From the IMG/VR virus record IMGVR_UViG_3300024999_000040, positions 1-64,000 of that record: 64,000 nt of DNA, one strand, 5' to 3'. Position numbers and translations under genes: made by a program. Below, in pieces: positions 10,265 through 21,428 of this stretch (position 1 is the first letter of the stretch; the number at the start of each line of letters is the position of its first letter). Below the pieces are notes generated by a model. That model ran no database searches. It saw only the letters and a program-made list of their open reading frames with translations, and was not told the DNA's origin. The stretch comes from a virus.

Positions 10265-10600
10265 ATGGGTAATTTTCATGCGGGAACGCATTATTGTGGT
10301 GCAATATTAAGGTCTGAATTCAACTTCGATTATGATGCCACAAAAAATCAAATTACGCTAGGCGTTAATGATCAGATTTTTTATCTGGAAAATCCAACAG
10401 ATAATACTACAATGGTTGCAAGGGTATTTCTTTTCACTCCAATTGGAAGCGACATAAATTTTGATCTAAACAACAATTCAAATAGTAGACTTAAATGTCA
10501 AGACAGTATACCTAACGGAATCGAGAATGAAATGTATTTAAGTTCATTTAAGGTTAGTAGTGTACTTGGTAGTATATTTGAATTTTATTGTGTGGTTTAA
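10265..10600 (+). CDS. Hypothetical phage structural protein
   Basis: 111 aa, RBS GAGG, directly upstream of a fibre gene. Confidence 0.5.
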   Translation: MGNFHAGTHYCGAILRSEFNFDYDATKNQITLGVNDQIFYLENPTDNTTMVARVFLFTPIGSDINFDLNNNSNSRLKCQDSIPNGIENEMYLSSFKVSSVLGSIFEFYCVV

Positions 10601-10618
10601 GAGAGGATGTGAAATAAA

Positions 10619-13345
10619 ATGCCTTATATTGGTAATAGTTATGGAAGTGGAAGTAGTGGTTCTTCTTCTTCAAATAGTTCAACGACTTATATATCTTCAG
10701 GTACGGCTATAGCTCCAACCATTATATACAATACTGGTTTAGGAACAGTTACTATAGGTGATGGAACATATCGTTTATTTCATACTGCTAATTATACAGG
10801 AGTTATATCTGAACATGTTATAACAGGAAATACATTTGCAATAACTGAACATATTACATCATATATATGTTCAGATTACAATAACGGCACCCCAATAATT
10901 CGTACTATTACAGATTCATCTCAATTCAATTGGTCTAATATATGCCCTATTTATACAGTTACTAGAGATGGAGATAATTTTTCATATGTCAATTGGGACT
11001 CGCCCAGCAATGGTTTGCCGAATAAGATTCATGATCGTTTAATACGTACAGATAGATTTTCAAGAGAATCTGGATTAAGTATTGGAGAATCTGCAACTCC
11101 AATAATACGTACCATAATTGTATCATCGGGTATGATTTGGCAAGGGGTTTATAAAAATTCAATGGATTCAGTTGATTCATCAGTAGATATAGTTAAAATG
11201 TTATATACTGATGGCACTGGAAATTGGATAGATAGTTTTATAACTCAATATAATAACACACAATATGATACAGGAACAGGATTAGCTACTCTTACAGATG
11301 GTAATTATGCAGTAAATTGGATATTTAGAATGATAGGTAATCAAAAAGAAATTGTTGTATTTTTGGGTGATGGAGATTTTGATTTAAATACAGCAAAAGC
11401 ATCTCAGTTACCTAATAATATACCTGCTTTATTTGCTATTAATGGAATGCTTATAGGTCGTATTATTGTTTTGAAAAGTGCTGATGTCGCAATTCAAATA
11501 GACAGTGCATTTACAACAAAATTTGCTGCAAGTACAGTGACATCACATAGTGGTTTGACTAGTATTATTGGTGGGGATGCTCTCACAGGGAATTATTATC
11601 ATTCAGATCAAGAAATAAATAAAGATAGTGATGTTGAATTTGCTTCAGTAACAACAAATGATTATAGAAGTTTAGACAGTAATTTAAACTTAAATGCTTA
11701 TGTTGGTTATGATATTATAGCTCATGATAATATAATTCCTTCTTTAAATAATTCTAAAACATTGGGTGAGTCAAGTTTAGTGTATTCTGAAACATTTACA
11801 AGAAAAGTTACTAGTGATGATGATTTATCATTAGATGCTTTAACTGGTAAAAATATTATAATTAAGAAAAGCGTTTTACCAGATTTGACAAATACTCATA
11901 GTATAGGTTCTGCTACAAAAGTTATTAAAGAAGTTTTTACAGAAAAAGTTACTTCAGATGCAGATTTAATATTAGGTTCAGCTATTGGCTCTGATATTAT
12001 TTTAAGAAATGGAAACTCTGATGCTGGAATAATTACAGAAGCAGGTAATTGGGGAATTGGAAATATTAACCCCACTAAAAAACTTGAAATAACTGGTGAT
12101 GTATTAATTGATGGTGATTTGAATGTTGATGGCACAGTTACACAAATTGATGTTGTTAATCTTGATGTTACTAATAAAAACATAAACTTAGCTGTAACTG
12201 ATACTCCTACAGATGCTTTAGCAAATGGTGGGGGAATAGTTCTAAAAGGTACTACAGACAAAACAATACTATGGGATAATTCTAATGTTGAATGGGATAT
12301 TTCTGATGGATTAGATGTTGATGGTATTATTACTGCAAATGGAACTACTAGTGATGGTAGTACAAATATATTTATTGGTAAAGATTCTCTTGGAACAGAT
12401 GTGTTTAAAGTAGATACAGATGGTAGAGTTACAGCATCAGTCATTGCACCTACGGTAGATAGTACTACAGGTATTCAGATAACTAAAGCTGATAAAACAA
12501 CGCCAATCATTAATGTTGATACTACTAATGAAAGAGTAGAGATCAAAGGTGTTTCTGCTTATGGAATAGCACAGTTTATTGGAAATGGAGCAGATTCGGA
12601 ATCTTCAATTGGTTTTAAGGATTCTACTGATACAAATGATGAAGCTTGGGTTATTGGTAAGAATGTAGGTTTGAGTAATACAACAGGCAGATTTGGTATA
12701 TTTTATTTAAATGGTGAAAAATTAGTTATTACTACTGATGGTAATATTGGAGTGGGAACTGGAGAGCCTGATGATAGTGCGATACTTGATTTAACGAGTG
12801 TAAGTAAGGGATTTCTTTGCCCTAGAGTAACGAAAGCTCAACGGCTTGCTATGACAGCAGTTGAAGGATTGGAAGTTTATCAGACAGACAATGGCCCTGG
12901 TAAGTATTGCTACACAAACAGTATTTGGTGTCAAACTAGTGGATTAGAATATTTAGTTGGATATAAAACAGCTACGACAAATGTATCGTCTGCCATAGAT
13001 ATAGCTTTTGTAGTTGGCACTACAAATATGAGTTCAGTGACCTCGCCAAATATTCCATTAAAGAATGGGAAAGTATATTCTATTAATGCGTATGTCCAAA
13101 TTAATTCAACTGGATTATCTGGAGCAAGATTTTCTTTTGTAGACTCATCAAATGTAGCAATTTCTGCATTATATGATGGAATATGCTATACTGCATCAAG
13201 TGGAGATATTGGATCGCAACCAACAGCTGGTGGTATTTACAAACCAACCTCCGACCAAAATATAAAATTAAGAGCCGTAAGTGCATCTGGTACACCCATA
13301 TTGCAATATGATACGTTTAGAATTCAAGTTATACAAATATCTTAG
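10619..13345 (+). CDS. Long tail-fibre-like protein
   Basis: GNWGIGNINP/GNIGVGTGEP, KGFLCPRVT..QR and ANGGGIVLKG fibre motifs; 908 aa. Confidence 0.65.
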   Translation: MPYIGNSYGSGSSGSSSSNSSTTYISSGTAIAPTIIYNTGLGTVTIGDGTYRLFHTANYTGVISEHVITGNTFAITEHITSYICSDYNNGTPIIRTITDSSQFNWSNICPIYTVTRDGDNFSYVNWDSPSNGLPNKIHDRLIRTDRFSRESGLSIGESATPIIRTIIVSSGMIWQGVYKNSMDSVDSSVDIVKMLYTDGTGNWIDSFITQYNNTQYDTGTGLATLTDGNYAVNWIFRMIGNQKEIVVFLGDGDFDLNTAKASQLPNNIPALFAINGMLIGRIIVLKSADVAIQIDSAFTTKFAASTVTSHSGLTSIIGGDALTGNYYHSDQEINKDSDVEFASVTTNDYRSLDSNLNLNAYVGYDIIAHDNIIPSLNNSKTLGESSLVYSETFTRKVTSDDDLSLDALTGKNIIIKKSVLPDLTNTHSIGSATKVIKEVFTEKVTSDADLILGSAIGSDIILRNGNSDAGIITEAGNWGIGNINPTKKLEITGDVLIDGDLNVDGTVTQIDVVNLDVTNKNINLAVTDTPTDALANGGGIVLKGTTDKTILWDNSNVEWDISDGLDVDGIITANGTTSDGSTNIFIGKDSLGTDVFKVDTDGRVTASVIAPTVDSTTGIQITKADKTTPIINVDTTNERVEIKGVSAYGIAQFIGNGADSESSIGFKDSTDTNDEAWVIGKNVGLSNTTGRFGIFYLNGEKLVITTDGNIGVGTGEPDDSAILDLTSVSKGFLCPRVTKAQRLAMTAVEGLEVYQTDNGPGKYCYTNSIWCQTSGLEYLVGYKTATTNVSSAIDIAFVVGTTNMSSVTSPNIPLKNGKVYSINAYVQINSTGLSGARFSFVDSSNVAISALYDGICYTASSGDIGSQPTAGGIYKPTSDQNIKLRAVSASGTPILQYDTFRIQVIQIS

Positions 13346-13636
13346 TAAAAACCCAATGAATCATTCGATTTATTTACTTTAGCATTACCCAATGAAATGA
13401 CAATTTTAATTGGAAATCATGTTAATATATAGTATGTGAATAAACAATTATACACAATGGGTAGTAGGTATGTTCCTCTACCCTATTCCTTTATTTTTAT
13501 GTCGATAAAAATATCTGTCATCACATTTTTTCCTACATAAAAATGTAGTTCATTCACATTTTTCATATCTAAATTATGCAATTCTAATAACAATTGCATA
13601 TTTCTATACAATTTCTTTTCAAAAAATAAAAAATTT

Positions 13637-14073
13637 AAAAAACAAATAAAGGAGGAATTTCAAAATGCAAACCAGTATATTTCTTATTGATGTACATAAT
13701 GCATCAACGACAATTCAAATAGGTAAGGTGGTTTCAGTTAATGACGCAACAGATTTATGTATACAAATTTGGGGAACATCAACTTCATTTATAGTATCAT
13801 TTGAAGCATCATTAGATGGTATAAATTTCGATACATTTGAAGGTTATAGAATTGGTGATACAACGAAGACATTAATAACCAGTGCAACAACGAAAGGGTT
13901 ATATGAATTTGATGTGACATTAGTTAAAGCATTCAGAGCAAATTTAATAGCAATAGCTAATGGAAACATAAGTGTAGCCGCTAATGGAGTAATATTAAAT
14001 GATTAAAAATAATTATAAAAGGTAGGTGATGAATTTGAGAGTGAAAAATAAAAAGAATATTTATAAATCTGAT
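13637..14073 (+). repeat. Direct repeat copy 1 (RBS, 113-aa gene and start of next gene); copy 2 at about 19014-19452
   Basis: Near-identical DNA and protein at a 5379-bp offset; homology ends at AAATCTGAT. Confidence 0.9.
13665..14006 (+). CDS. Small beta-sandwich virion/adaptor protein, paralog 1
   Basis: Highly similar to 19044..19385 (FEASLDGxNF motif); strong RBS. Confidence 0.7.
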   Translation: MQTSIFLIDVHNASTTIQIGKVVSVNDATDLCIQIWGTSTSFIVSFEASLDGINFDTFEGYRIGDTTKTLITSATTKGLYEFDVTLVKAFRANLIAIANGNISVAANGVILND

Positions 14074-16227
14074 TCAAATATGGCTAATATGTCGCAAGAA
14101 ATGAATGGAAAAGCAAGTATTATAAACTCCTCACATATTTTTGTAGATGATGCAGCGAGAGATGTTTATTTTACTGCAAATCCAACTGAAAAAGTTGAAA
14201 ACTTATTGATAAGTGTTGGAGATGGATTTCAAGAATGGAGTGGTACAGCATGGATTAGTAAAACTAAAGTGGTTGAAGATCATACTTTGAAAGTTGAATT
14301 AGTAGCTAGAGGTATTACTTGTACTCAACTAGGAATGGTGGTAAATGATAATAATGAAGGTGTTAATAATGCAAACAAACTATCGTTAGGGTTAAAAAAT
14401 TATGGTACTGTAATTGTAGACAATGTTTATTACCTTAAAGCTCCATCTTCGGCTGTTGCTGAAGGAGATATTGAAATTTATGGTATTAAAGGTGGAGAGT
14501 TTAGGTTTAATCATACCAGTTCTACGGTTATGTTTAATCCTATGTATTTTACCAGTATAAAATTAAAAAATCTTAAGATGACAAATGAGTCAGTTAACAG
14601 TGTGTTGTTTTTTTATGGGGCATCAGATTTAAGCATACATCTGACAGAAGTTTCAGTTGAAGGATGCTCGTTTAACGGTTCAATTTCTTTATATAGGCAT
14701 AGTGGCCCTGAGAACGTAAATCCATATGTCACGTTCTATGGAATAGATAGATTTGTATTCAAGAACAATGTAGTAAATAATACAACTTTAAGTTTTATTA
14801 CTCTTGAGGATGTTCCAATTCCAATGATTATTTGTGAAGGTAATACTATTAAAAATTTTAGCCATACATTCTTAAGTGTTGGTACAACAAATGGTTTAAC
14901 GTATGGTTCTCAGATTGGAACTATTAGAAGAATGGCTGAAATAAAGAATAACTATGTATACAATGATAATACTTGGTTTACTGCTGATACGGTTTATCAT
15001 ACATTTTTCTTGTATGAAGGATTTGAATGTAAGTACGAGGGAAACCATGTTGAGGGATTGAAGTCAATTTATGATGATGCGGTCTATGATGCATATATCT
15101 CTTGCGAAACTTTAATTTATATGAACAACACTTGGAAGAATAATATATGTTTTAATGCTACAAAAACAAACAATGTTCTATTGAAATCAAAAGGTTCTGG
15201 TACTGGGGGATTGCTTAAGAGATATTACAAAAACAATGTATATATTGTCGAGGAGGGTTATGCTGCGGCTGTAGGTCAGGACATTACTAATTTACGGGTT
15301 GCTTTCATGAGTTTGACTTCTGACTGTGAGGAATATGTTGTTGAGAACAATACTTTTGATGTATATGATTTACGTTTTGATGTATCTGGAAATCCGCACA
15401 GGAATTTTAAATTACTTAACAACAAGTTTAAATGTAAGTATACAGCAGGTTCTATGGTTATTTGTACAATATCTGATACACAACCAATTGAAAATATTAT
15501 TATTAAAGGCAATACTATTCAAATAGCAGAAGCAACCACATCGAAATTAAATATAGTTAAAATGAGTGATACAAGGGTAGTAAGTACCATTCTACCAAAT
15601 ATTGTGGTTGAAGATAATTATATAGATGTACCTATTTTTTATGTATTCTATACATTAGCTGCAAAAAAATTAATTTTCAGAAACAATATGATTATTACTA
15701 ACACTACAGGTAGTATTGGATTAATGTATTCAGGATTTTATAATGAATCTTTGATAGATAATAATATTGTTGAATCTCTTTTATCTACTTCATTCTATGA
15801 GGGTAGGCAGAATTATGGAAGTGGGTATAAGTATGAAAAAATTATGCTAATACGTACTTGTGTATCTGATGCTAATAATTGTCTTAATTTAAGATTTAAT
15901 CATACCACAACTACACGTACCTATTATAAACGTAAGTATAAAGTATATACCAACACTGGTATAAAAGAATTTTATTATAGGTTTAGTCTTATTTATAATA
16001 TAGATCATTGTGATATTACTTTTATTGATACAACAGATATAGAACACACCTATGCTATTGGCACATCTGAAGGGACTGGAACTTATATTAAATTGATTAA
16101 CATAGGAGATGAAACTAACACTTATACTGTACGATTCAATAACGGAGCTAGTGAGACATATCTATACGTTCCTAATTGGAATGGTGCAAAATTAAGAATG
16201 GAAATTGAAACAATAGCAACAGAGTAA
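14026..16227 (+). CDS. Tailspike-like protein with right-handed beta-helix (pectate-lyase-like) body
   Basis: Repeated IxxNNxI/V turns; shares the LRVKNKKNIYKSD leader with 19405..21195. Confidence 0.6.
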   Translation: MMNLRVKNKKNIYKSDSNMANMSQEMNGKASIINSSHIFVDDAARDVYFTANPTEKVENLLISVGDGFQEWSGTAWISKTKVVEDHTLKVELVARGITCTQLGMVVNDNNEGVNNANKLSLGLKNYGTVIVDNVYYLKAPSSAVAEGDIEIYGIKGGEFRFNHTSSTVMFNPMYFTSIKLKNLKMTNESVNSVLFFYGASDLSIHLTEVSVEGCSFNGSISLYRHSGPENVNPYVTFYGIDRFVFKNNVVNNTTLSFITLEDVPIPMIICEGNTIKNFSHTFLSVGTTNGLTYGSQIGTIRRMAEIKNNYVYNDNTWFTADTVYHTFFLYEGFECKYEGNHVEGLKSIYDDAVYDAYISCETLIYMNNTWKNNICFNATKTNNVLLKSKGSGTGGLLKRYYKNNVYIVEEGYAAAVGQDITNLRVAFMSLTSDCEEYVVENNTFDVYDLRFDVSGNPHRNFKLLNNKFKCKYTAGSMVICTISDTQPIENIIIKGNTIQIAEATTSKLNIVKMSDTRVVSTILPNIVVEDNYIDVPIFYVFYTLAAKKLIFRNNMIITNTTGSIGLMYSGFYNESLIDNNIVESLLSTSFYEGRQNYGSGYKYEKIMLIRTCVSDANNCLNLRFNHTTTTRTYYKRKYKVYTNTGIKEFYYRFSLIYNIDHCDITFIDTTDIEHTYAIGTSEGTGTYIKLINIGDETNTYTVRFNNGASETYLYVPNWNGAKLRMEIETIATE

Positions 16228-16553
16228 CTACCGCACAATAGGTAAAAATAATGCTAAAATAAAAGTTCAAAATCTACACATACTAACATAACGGATACTT
16301 TATCTGTTTCTATATAAGAGTGGTTGAGAAGACTTTACATCTTCCCTATCACTCTTTTATTTTATATTATCTTTTTCCTTTCTAGTTAATTCTCAAACAC
16401 CCAATAAAATTCGTGTTTTAATGGAAGTAAATTTTCAAGTCTGCAAATGTAGATATATCAAGGGTTTCAAATTTCAATAAAATTCTAAAATATTATAGAA
16501 AGAAGTGATTTCTCATATCTCAAATATTAAAACTAGTCATAGATAATGACATC

Positions 16554-16955
16554 GTGGACAAATATCATAAACATTATTTTAAATTATATCCTAAACGTAA
16601 GAAGAAACCAATAGAAGCCCCTACTCACCCATCTATTAATAAGTGGATGGTATTACCTAGAATACAGATGAACGCTTTGAAACAGACATGGAAAGAATTT
16701 ATAATCTGGTTTGTTGTAAATCAAGGTTTAAAAGATAAAAAAATAGAAAAATGTTCTATGACTTTTATATCTTATTTCAAAACCAAAATTCGTAAGGATT
16801 GTGACAATACTGTACCGAAATTCATTCTTGATGGAATGGCTGATGAGAATGCACAGTTGATTGTGGATGATGATTCTTTACATGTGACAAGTCTAACTCT
16901 TAAATGCGAATATGACAAAGAAAGACCAAGAACAGAAATCTATATTGAATATTAA
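16554..16955 (+). CDS. rusA: RusA-family Holliday junction resolvase
   Basis: RKDCDN..PKFILDG...IVDDD...PRTEIYI motifs. Confidence 0.7.
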   Translation: MDKYHKHYFKLYPKRKKKPIEAPTHPSINKWMVLPRIQMNALKQTWKEFIIWFVVNQGLKDKKIEKCSMTFISYFKTKIRKDCDNTVPKFILDGMADENAQLIVDDDSLHVTSLTLKCEYDKERPRTEIYIEY

Positions 16956-16972
16956 ACTAAGTAAATATAATA

Positions 16973-17566
16973 ATGTTTCACATGAAACAATTGCTTGAAA
17001 GGAGCATCAATACAATGTCTAAAGGTAAAAAGTTAAATATTTCCACTCTCAAACAGGCACATGATAAGAATTTTAATACTAAAAAGAAAATAATTGTTCA
17101 AATTGACAATAAAGATTATCCTATCCTCATAGCTGAAAAATTCGAAATAACAAAAGTTCAGGATATGATTTCTGAATTGTTAGAAGTGCATAAAACTTTT
17201 GTAGATATGAAAGAAGTTTGGAATCTTCCTATATACTCTATCTTTTTACTCTTAAAGCACTTTACAGATTTAGAGTTAGAAGGTTTATCCTATGAAGAAG
17301 CAGTAATGGTTGTAAAATATCTCACCGATTTTGAAGTTCTTGAAACTATTATTGGTGCGTTTGATGAATTTGAAGTTGCTAAATTCAATACTTATATGAA
17401 GAAAGCAAAAGAGAATGTTGAAAAGTTTGCTAAGAGTCCTGAAGTACAAGCAGAATGGCAAAATATATTTGCTGATTTGAAACAGGATTTGGGCGAGGAT
17501 TTGGAAGTTACTGAAGTTGAGTCGGAAGAAAATCAGGAAGTGGTTGAAGAAAGTACAGGTGAATAA
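16973..17566 (+). CDS. Putative tail assembly chaperone
   Basis: Helical protein with an acidic tail in a morphogenesis context. Confidence 0.4.
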   Translation: MFHMKQLLERSINTMSKGKKLNISTLKQAHDKNFNTKKKIIVQIDNKDYPILIAEKFEITKVQDMISELLEVHKTFVDMKEVWNLPIYSIFLLLKHFTDLELEGLSYEEAVMVVKYLTDFEVLETIIGAFDEFEVAKFNTYMKKAKENVEKFAKSPEVQAEWQNIFADLKQDLGEDLEVTEVESEENQEVVEESTGE

Positions 17567-17568
17567 TT

Positions 17569-17892
17569 ATGGAAGGTAATATACAATTAAAAATATCGTG
17601 TGTATTTGATAATGAATCTTCAGAATTATTTAAAGAAGAAGTTAGAAAAATAGTTAAGGATATTATTAAAGAAGAGATAGCAAAGGCTGTAAAAGATATG
17701 CCTATTCCTTATTATCCTGTATATCCAGTTTATCCAACATATCCAATGTCCCCTATTTACACTACTAATCAACCTCCTATACAAGAATATGTAACTATCA
17801 CATGTGATTGTACTGCTTCTATTGCTGATTGTGGAAATAAGATTATAGAAAGTTTAAAGAATAGTAGTAAGAAATGTGGGTGTAGTTACTGA
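17569..17892 (+). CDS. Hypothetical protein with Pro/Tyr repeat
   Basis: PYYPVYPVYPTYP low-complexity segment. Confidence 0.5.
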   Translation: MEGNIQLKISCVFDNESSELFKEEVRKIVKDIIKEEIAKAVKDMPIPYYPVYPVYPTYPMSPIYTTNQPPIQEYVTITCDCTASIADCGNKIIESLKNSSKKCGCSY

Positions 17893-18164
17893 TGTCACTT
17901 GATAAACAAAGAAAAATAAGTGATTTCCCTCAAGGTGGAATTATAAATAGCCAAGATGGTTTAAATCTTGGCTATGCTTGTATTCATAATAATGGTATTA
18001 TGTTAAATACTCAATTTGGTAGATTAAATCATGTAGTAAACAATATAAATTCATCTAATATTAACATGAGTGATTTAAATAATATTAGAATTGATTTCAA
18101 TGCTAAACCTGATGTAGAGAAAATTGTAGAAGGAATTATAACACAATTAAAGAAGGTGAAATGA
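17892..18164 (+). CDS. Hypothetical protein
   Basis: TGATG coupling with the upstream gene. Confidence 0.5.
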   Translation: MSLDKQRKISDFPQGGIINSQDGLNLGYACIHNNGIMLNTQFGRLNHVVNNINSSNINMSDLNNIRIDFNAKPDVEKIVEGIITQLKKVK

Positions 18165-18165
18165 T

Positions 18166-18657
18166 TTGGAATTCAGAACAATTAAGGAACTCAACGAATA
18201 CATTAAAAAGCAGCTAGCAGCATCTATGCAAAAAGTTGGTGAAACAGCAGAAAGAGTGGTTCGTGAGCATGTAGATTCTGACGTTTATCGTGCATATACC
18301 CCCAAGGAATATGAAGCCACTTTTGAATTACGTGAATCACTTCATACTAAAACACCAAGAATTAAAAATGATGTTGTTGAAGTCGAAGTAAAACATAATA
18401 CAGATAATATCCATTCATATGAACCTAATCAACATCATTCAGTTGTAGAAAATTATAACCCACAAGATGTTTCAGATTGGTTGCCTTACCTTGTTCATGA
18501 AGGTCAGACACATAATTTATGGGGTGATAATTCTGATGCAGCTTATTTGAAGCCTAGACCTTATTTTGATAATGCAAAAAAAGAATTAGAGCAAAGTAAG
18601 GAACATGTTGAAACGTTAAAAAGAGAATTGAATGCTAAGGGTATAAAAGTAATATAA
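18166..18657 (+). CDS. HK97 gp10-like tail-completion protein
   Basis: VY..YTP..Y..T.EL.ES and C-terminal PRPYFDNA motifs. Confidence 0.6.
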   Translation: MEFRTIKELNEYIKKQLAASMQKVGETAERVVREHVDSDVYRAYTPKEYEATFELRESLHTKTPRIKNDVVEVEVKHNTDNIHSYEPNQHHSVVENYNPQDVSDWLPYLVHEGQTHNLWGDNSDAAYLKPRPYFDNAKKELEQSKEHVETLKRELNAKGIKVI

Positions 18658-18676
18658 GAATGAAAGGAAATAAGCA

Positions 18677-18913
18677 ATGTTAAAAATCCCTGAATTTAAA
18701 ATCAATGATAAAGTATTAATCAAAGACAATCTTCTTGTTGAATTACTTCGTTTAGAATTTACAGAAGAAACAGCAAAATCTTTTTCAAAGAAGTTTACAG
18801 GTAAAAAGAAAAAGATATATGACATTTGGACTGATAAAGATTCTGAACAACAATATGCAACTATAGATTTATGCTGTGAAGTACCTTTGCAATGTTTGGA
18901 ATTGTGTCAGTAA
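18677..18913 (+). CDS. Hypothetical protein
   Basis: 78-aa ORF with RBS AAGGA. Confidence 0.5.
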   Translation: MLKIPEFKINDKVLIKDNLLVELLRLEFTEETAKSFSKKFTGKKKKIYDIWTDKDSEQQYATIDLCCEVPLQCLELCQ

Positions 18914-19043
18914 CACGATAAAATCAAAATTTCATAGGGAATTTTTAGTGAGTCTTGAAAGCCTTGTAAATCAAGGCTTTGTTTTTTATAAAAAATGCAG
19001 TTATTAACAATAAAAAAACAAAATAAAGGAGGAATTTTTAAAA

Positions 19044-19385
19044 ATGCAAACAGCAGTATTTTATTTAGATGTACATAATATATCAACGACAGTGCAAACA
19101 GGTAAAGTAGTTTTAGTGAATGATTGTACGGATTTATGCATACAAATTTCAGGAACATCAACTTCATTTACAATAACTTTTGAGGCATCATTAGATGGAG
19201 TAAATTTTGATACATTTGAAGGTTATAGAATTGGTGATACAACGAAAACATTAATAACCAGTACAATAACAAAAGGTTTATATGAATTTGATGTAACGTT
19301 AATCAAAGCATTCAGAGCAAATTTAACGGCAATTGCTAATGGTAATATAAGTGTGGCTGCTAATGGAGTAATATTAAATGATTAA
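19044..19385 (+). CDS. Small beta-sandwich virion/adaptor protein, paralog 2
   Basis: Paralog of 13665..14006. Confidence 0.7.
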   Translation: MQTAVFYLDVHNISTTVQTGKVVLVNDCTDLCIQISGTSTSFTITFEASLDGVNFDTFEGYRIGDTTKTLITSTITKGLYEFDVTLIKAFRANLTAIANGNISVAANGVILND

Positions 19386-19404
19386 AAATAATTATAAAAG
19401 GTAG

Positions 19405-21195
19405 GTGATAATTTTGAGAGTGAAAAATAAAAAAAATATATATAAATCTGATACGCAATTGGCAACTATTGCGCGGCAGAATAAAGAAGCAAGTAGTAAT
19501 GTAGCTGGCTTTAAAATTAGTATAGTGCATGATGACGGCGATACTGGTTTTGCAACAATTATGAAAGTCAGCCTTGACGCAAGAAGTTTAAAGTGTGATT
19601 TAGCTGTAAACATAGGACGTGTAGACGATGGGGTTACTGCTGGAAAATATTCAGCATCTCAATTACTGGCTTTACAGGCCGCCGGATTTGGAATACTTAA
19701 TCACGGGTGGATACACGAAGCTCCAGCCGATTTAACGACAGCAGAAATAGACAATAGAGCAGCATTAGAAAAAGCTCGGTTTGCAGAGCTTGAAATTAAC
19801 GATGCTTATGATTATTACTGTTATCCAGGCGTAATGACAACGGGTAGTTTGACATTAAAAAATTACCTGAAAAATATATATAAATGTAATCTCTGCAATA
19901 CTGGTGCGCCCGATAATACATTTCCGTTTGATACAATGGAAATACATCGCCATCCATTGCCTAATACATCAGATAATCTTGCAACTGTTACCGCTTATCT
20001 AAATGATTGTTATAAAAACAATGAATGGGCGGTTTTATTTGCTCACACAAGTAATTTTACGGTATCTACGTACTTAGATACATTGCTTGATTATATCGTT
20101 GCTCAAGGATGGACTATAACGCCTGTAAAAACGGTGATAGATCAATTTAGAAATGTAATCGAACTTGGAAACAAAGGCGGGTCACATTTTTATTTAGATG
20201 AAAACGGCAACGTTGATTTTAGTCAAGTTAATCCGCTTATATCCTTTGATGATACCATCAGAGCATCTATTGCCGACTATTTTACAAACTGTGTTACGCA
20301 TCAAATCGTTGAATACAATACAATTGCAGATATGCCCACAATAGAAACTGGAACGCTTGAAACGTATAGATTTGCCAATTATAGCACAGACAGATACGGA
20401 TATCAAAAATTCAGAAAATTCAACACTACTGATCAGTGGTTTAGAAGATGGGATGCAACAGGGGGTGCTTGGGAGAGCTGGGTTAAGTATGATGTATTTA
20501 CGGAACGTGCAACAAAAGATTTTGAAATTTTTGATGATTTCATATACCAGACATTAACTGCTGCTAATACTCCGTGGATACTAAATAAAGGCACAGATGA
20601 AACAGCAATAGCACCTGCGATCGCAGTAATAACTGAACGTGGCACAGCAAGGCTTATTTCAGGCAATACAACTGGAGGTTTAATAGCAGATAATGGATCA
20701 CAACTAGTATGTGCAATACCAGTGCAAGCGGATACGGTTGGTCTTGCTGTTGAAGCAAGATTATTTATTAGTAATATTTTAAACATTAGTGTGAATTTTG
20801 GTTTAACTGATATAACAACTCTGGAAGAACCTTTTGAAATAGGTGCAAGTGATGCGATAACTTCAAATGCTTCAGACGCTTGTTGCTTTGTATTTGATGA
20901 TGGAGCAGACACAAAAGAATGGTTTGCTTGTGCCGTAGATAGTGATGCTGACGATACAGGGAATTCTTCTACTGGAATTGCTCCTGTTTCGGGTGTAAAT
21001 CAAACATTGAGAATAGAGGTAAACAATACCGGGAATACAATAACTTTTTATATTGGTGGAGTATTAGTAAAAACTCTATCAAATGCGGGAGTTACTCCAA
21101 ACGTAAATTTATATGCAACGGTTGTTGTAAATTCTACATCAACTATAAGCAGATACGTTTCACTGGACTACATTAGCATATCTCACAACAGATAA
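19405..21195 (+). CDS. Polysaccharide deacetylase (NodB/CE4) domain protein with knob-like and beta-sandwich C-terminal domains
   Basis: SIVHDDG, NHGWIH, YCYPG and VLFAH CE4 motifs; YQKF...WFRRW...WESW knob motif. Confidence 0.7.
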   Translation: MIILRVKNKKNIYKSDTQLATIARQNKEASSNVAGFKISIVHDDGDTGFATIMKVSLDARSLKCDLAVNIGRVDDGVTAGKYSASQLLALQAAGFGILNHGWIHEAPADLTTAEIDNRAALEKARFAELEINDAYDYYCYPGVMTTGSLTLKNYLKNIYKCNLCNTGAPDNTFPFDTMEIHRHPLPNTSDNLATVTAYLNDCYKNNEWAVLFAHTSNFTVSTYLDTLLDYIVAQGWTITPVKTVIDQFRNVIELGNKGGSHFYLDENGNVDFSQVNPLISFDDTIRASIADYFTNCVTHQIVEYNTIADMPTIETGTLETYRFANYSTDRYGYQKFRKFNTTDQWFRRWDATGGAWESWVKYDVFTERATKDFEIFDDFIYQTLTAANTPWILNKGTDETAIAPAIAVITERGTARLISGNTTGGLIADNGSQLVCAIPVQADTVGLAVEARLFISNILNISVNFGLTDITTLEEPFEIGASDAITSNASDACCFVFDDGADTKEWFACAVDSDADDTGNSSTGIAPVSGVNQTLRIEVNNTGNTITFYIGGVLVKTLSNAGVTPNVNLYATVVVNSTSTISRYVSLDYISISHNR

Positions 21196-21217
21196 CTACC
21201 GTGTAAGGAGGAAAAAT

Positions 21218-21361
21218 ATGGATAAAAAAACAATAAAACCACAACTTATCGAAAATGGCGAAGGAGAAATTGCAAAAGTTCTAACTAGCATTTCCACGCA
21301 TGTCAAAGAAATGAATGAATTAGGTAAAGAAGTAAAACCGTTTAAAATTAGTATAGTTTAA
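21218..21361 (+). CDS. 47-aa hypothetical protein MDKKTIKPQLIENGEG...
   Basis: AAGGAGG RBS 6 nt upstream of the ATG; below the ORF-track size cutoff. Confidence 0.5.
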   Translation: MDKKTIKPQLIENGEGEIAKVLTSISTHVKEMNELGKEVKPFKISIV

Positions 21362-21428
21362 ATAACTCATTTTGCCAATCCCCTTATTGTGATATAATTA
21401 CTACTATAATTTATCAGTTTGCAGGGGA

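Noticed and set aside
16225-16260. Chromosomal dif site
   Set aside because: Only a loose XerC-arm resemblance and no TTATGTAAA-type XerD arm; reported instead as a cassette-end motif.
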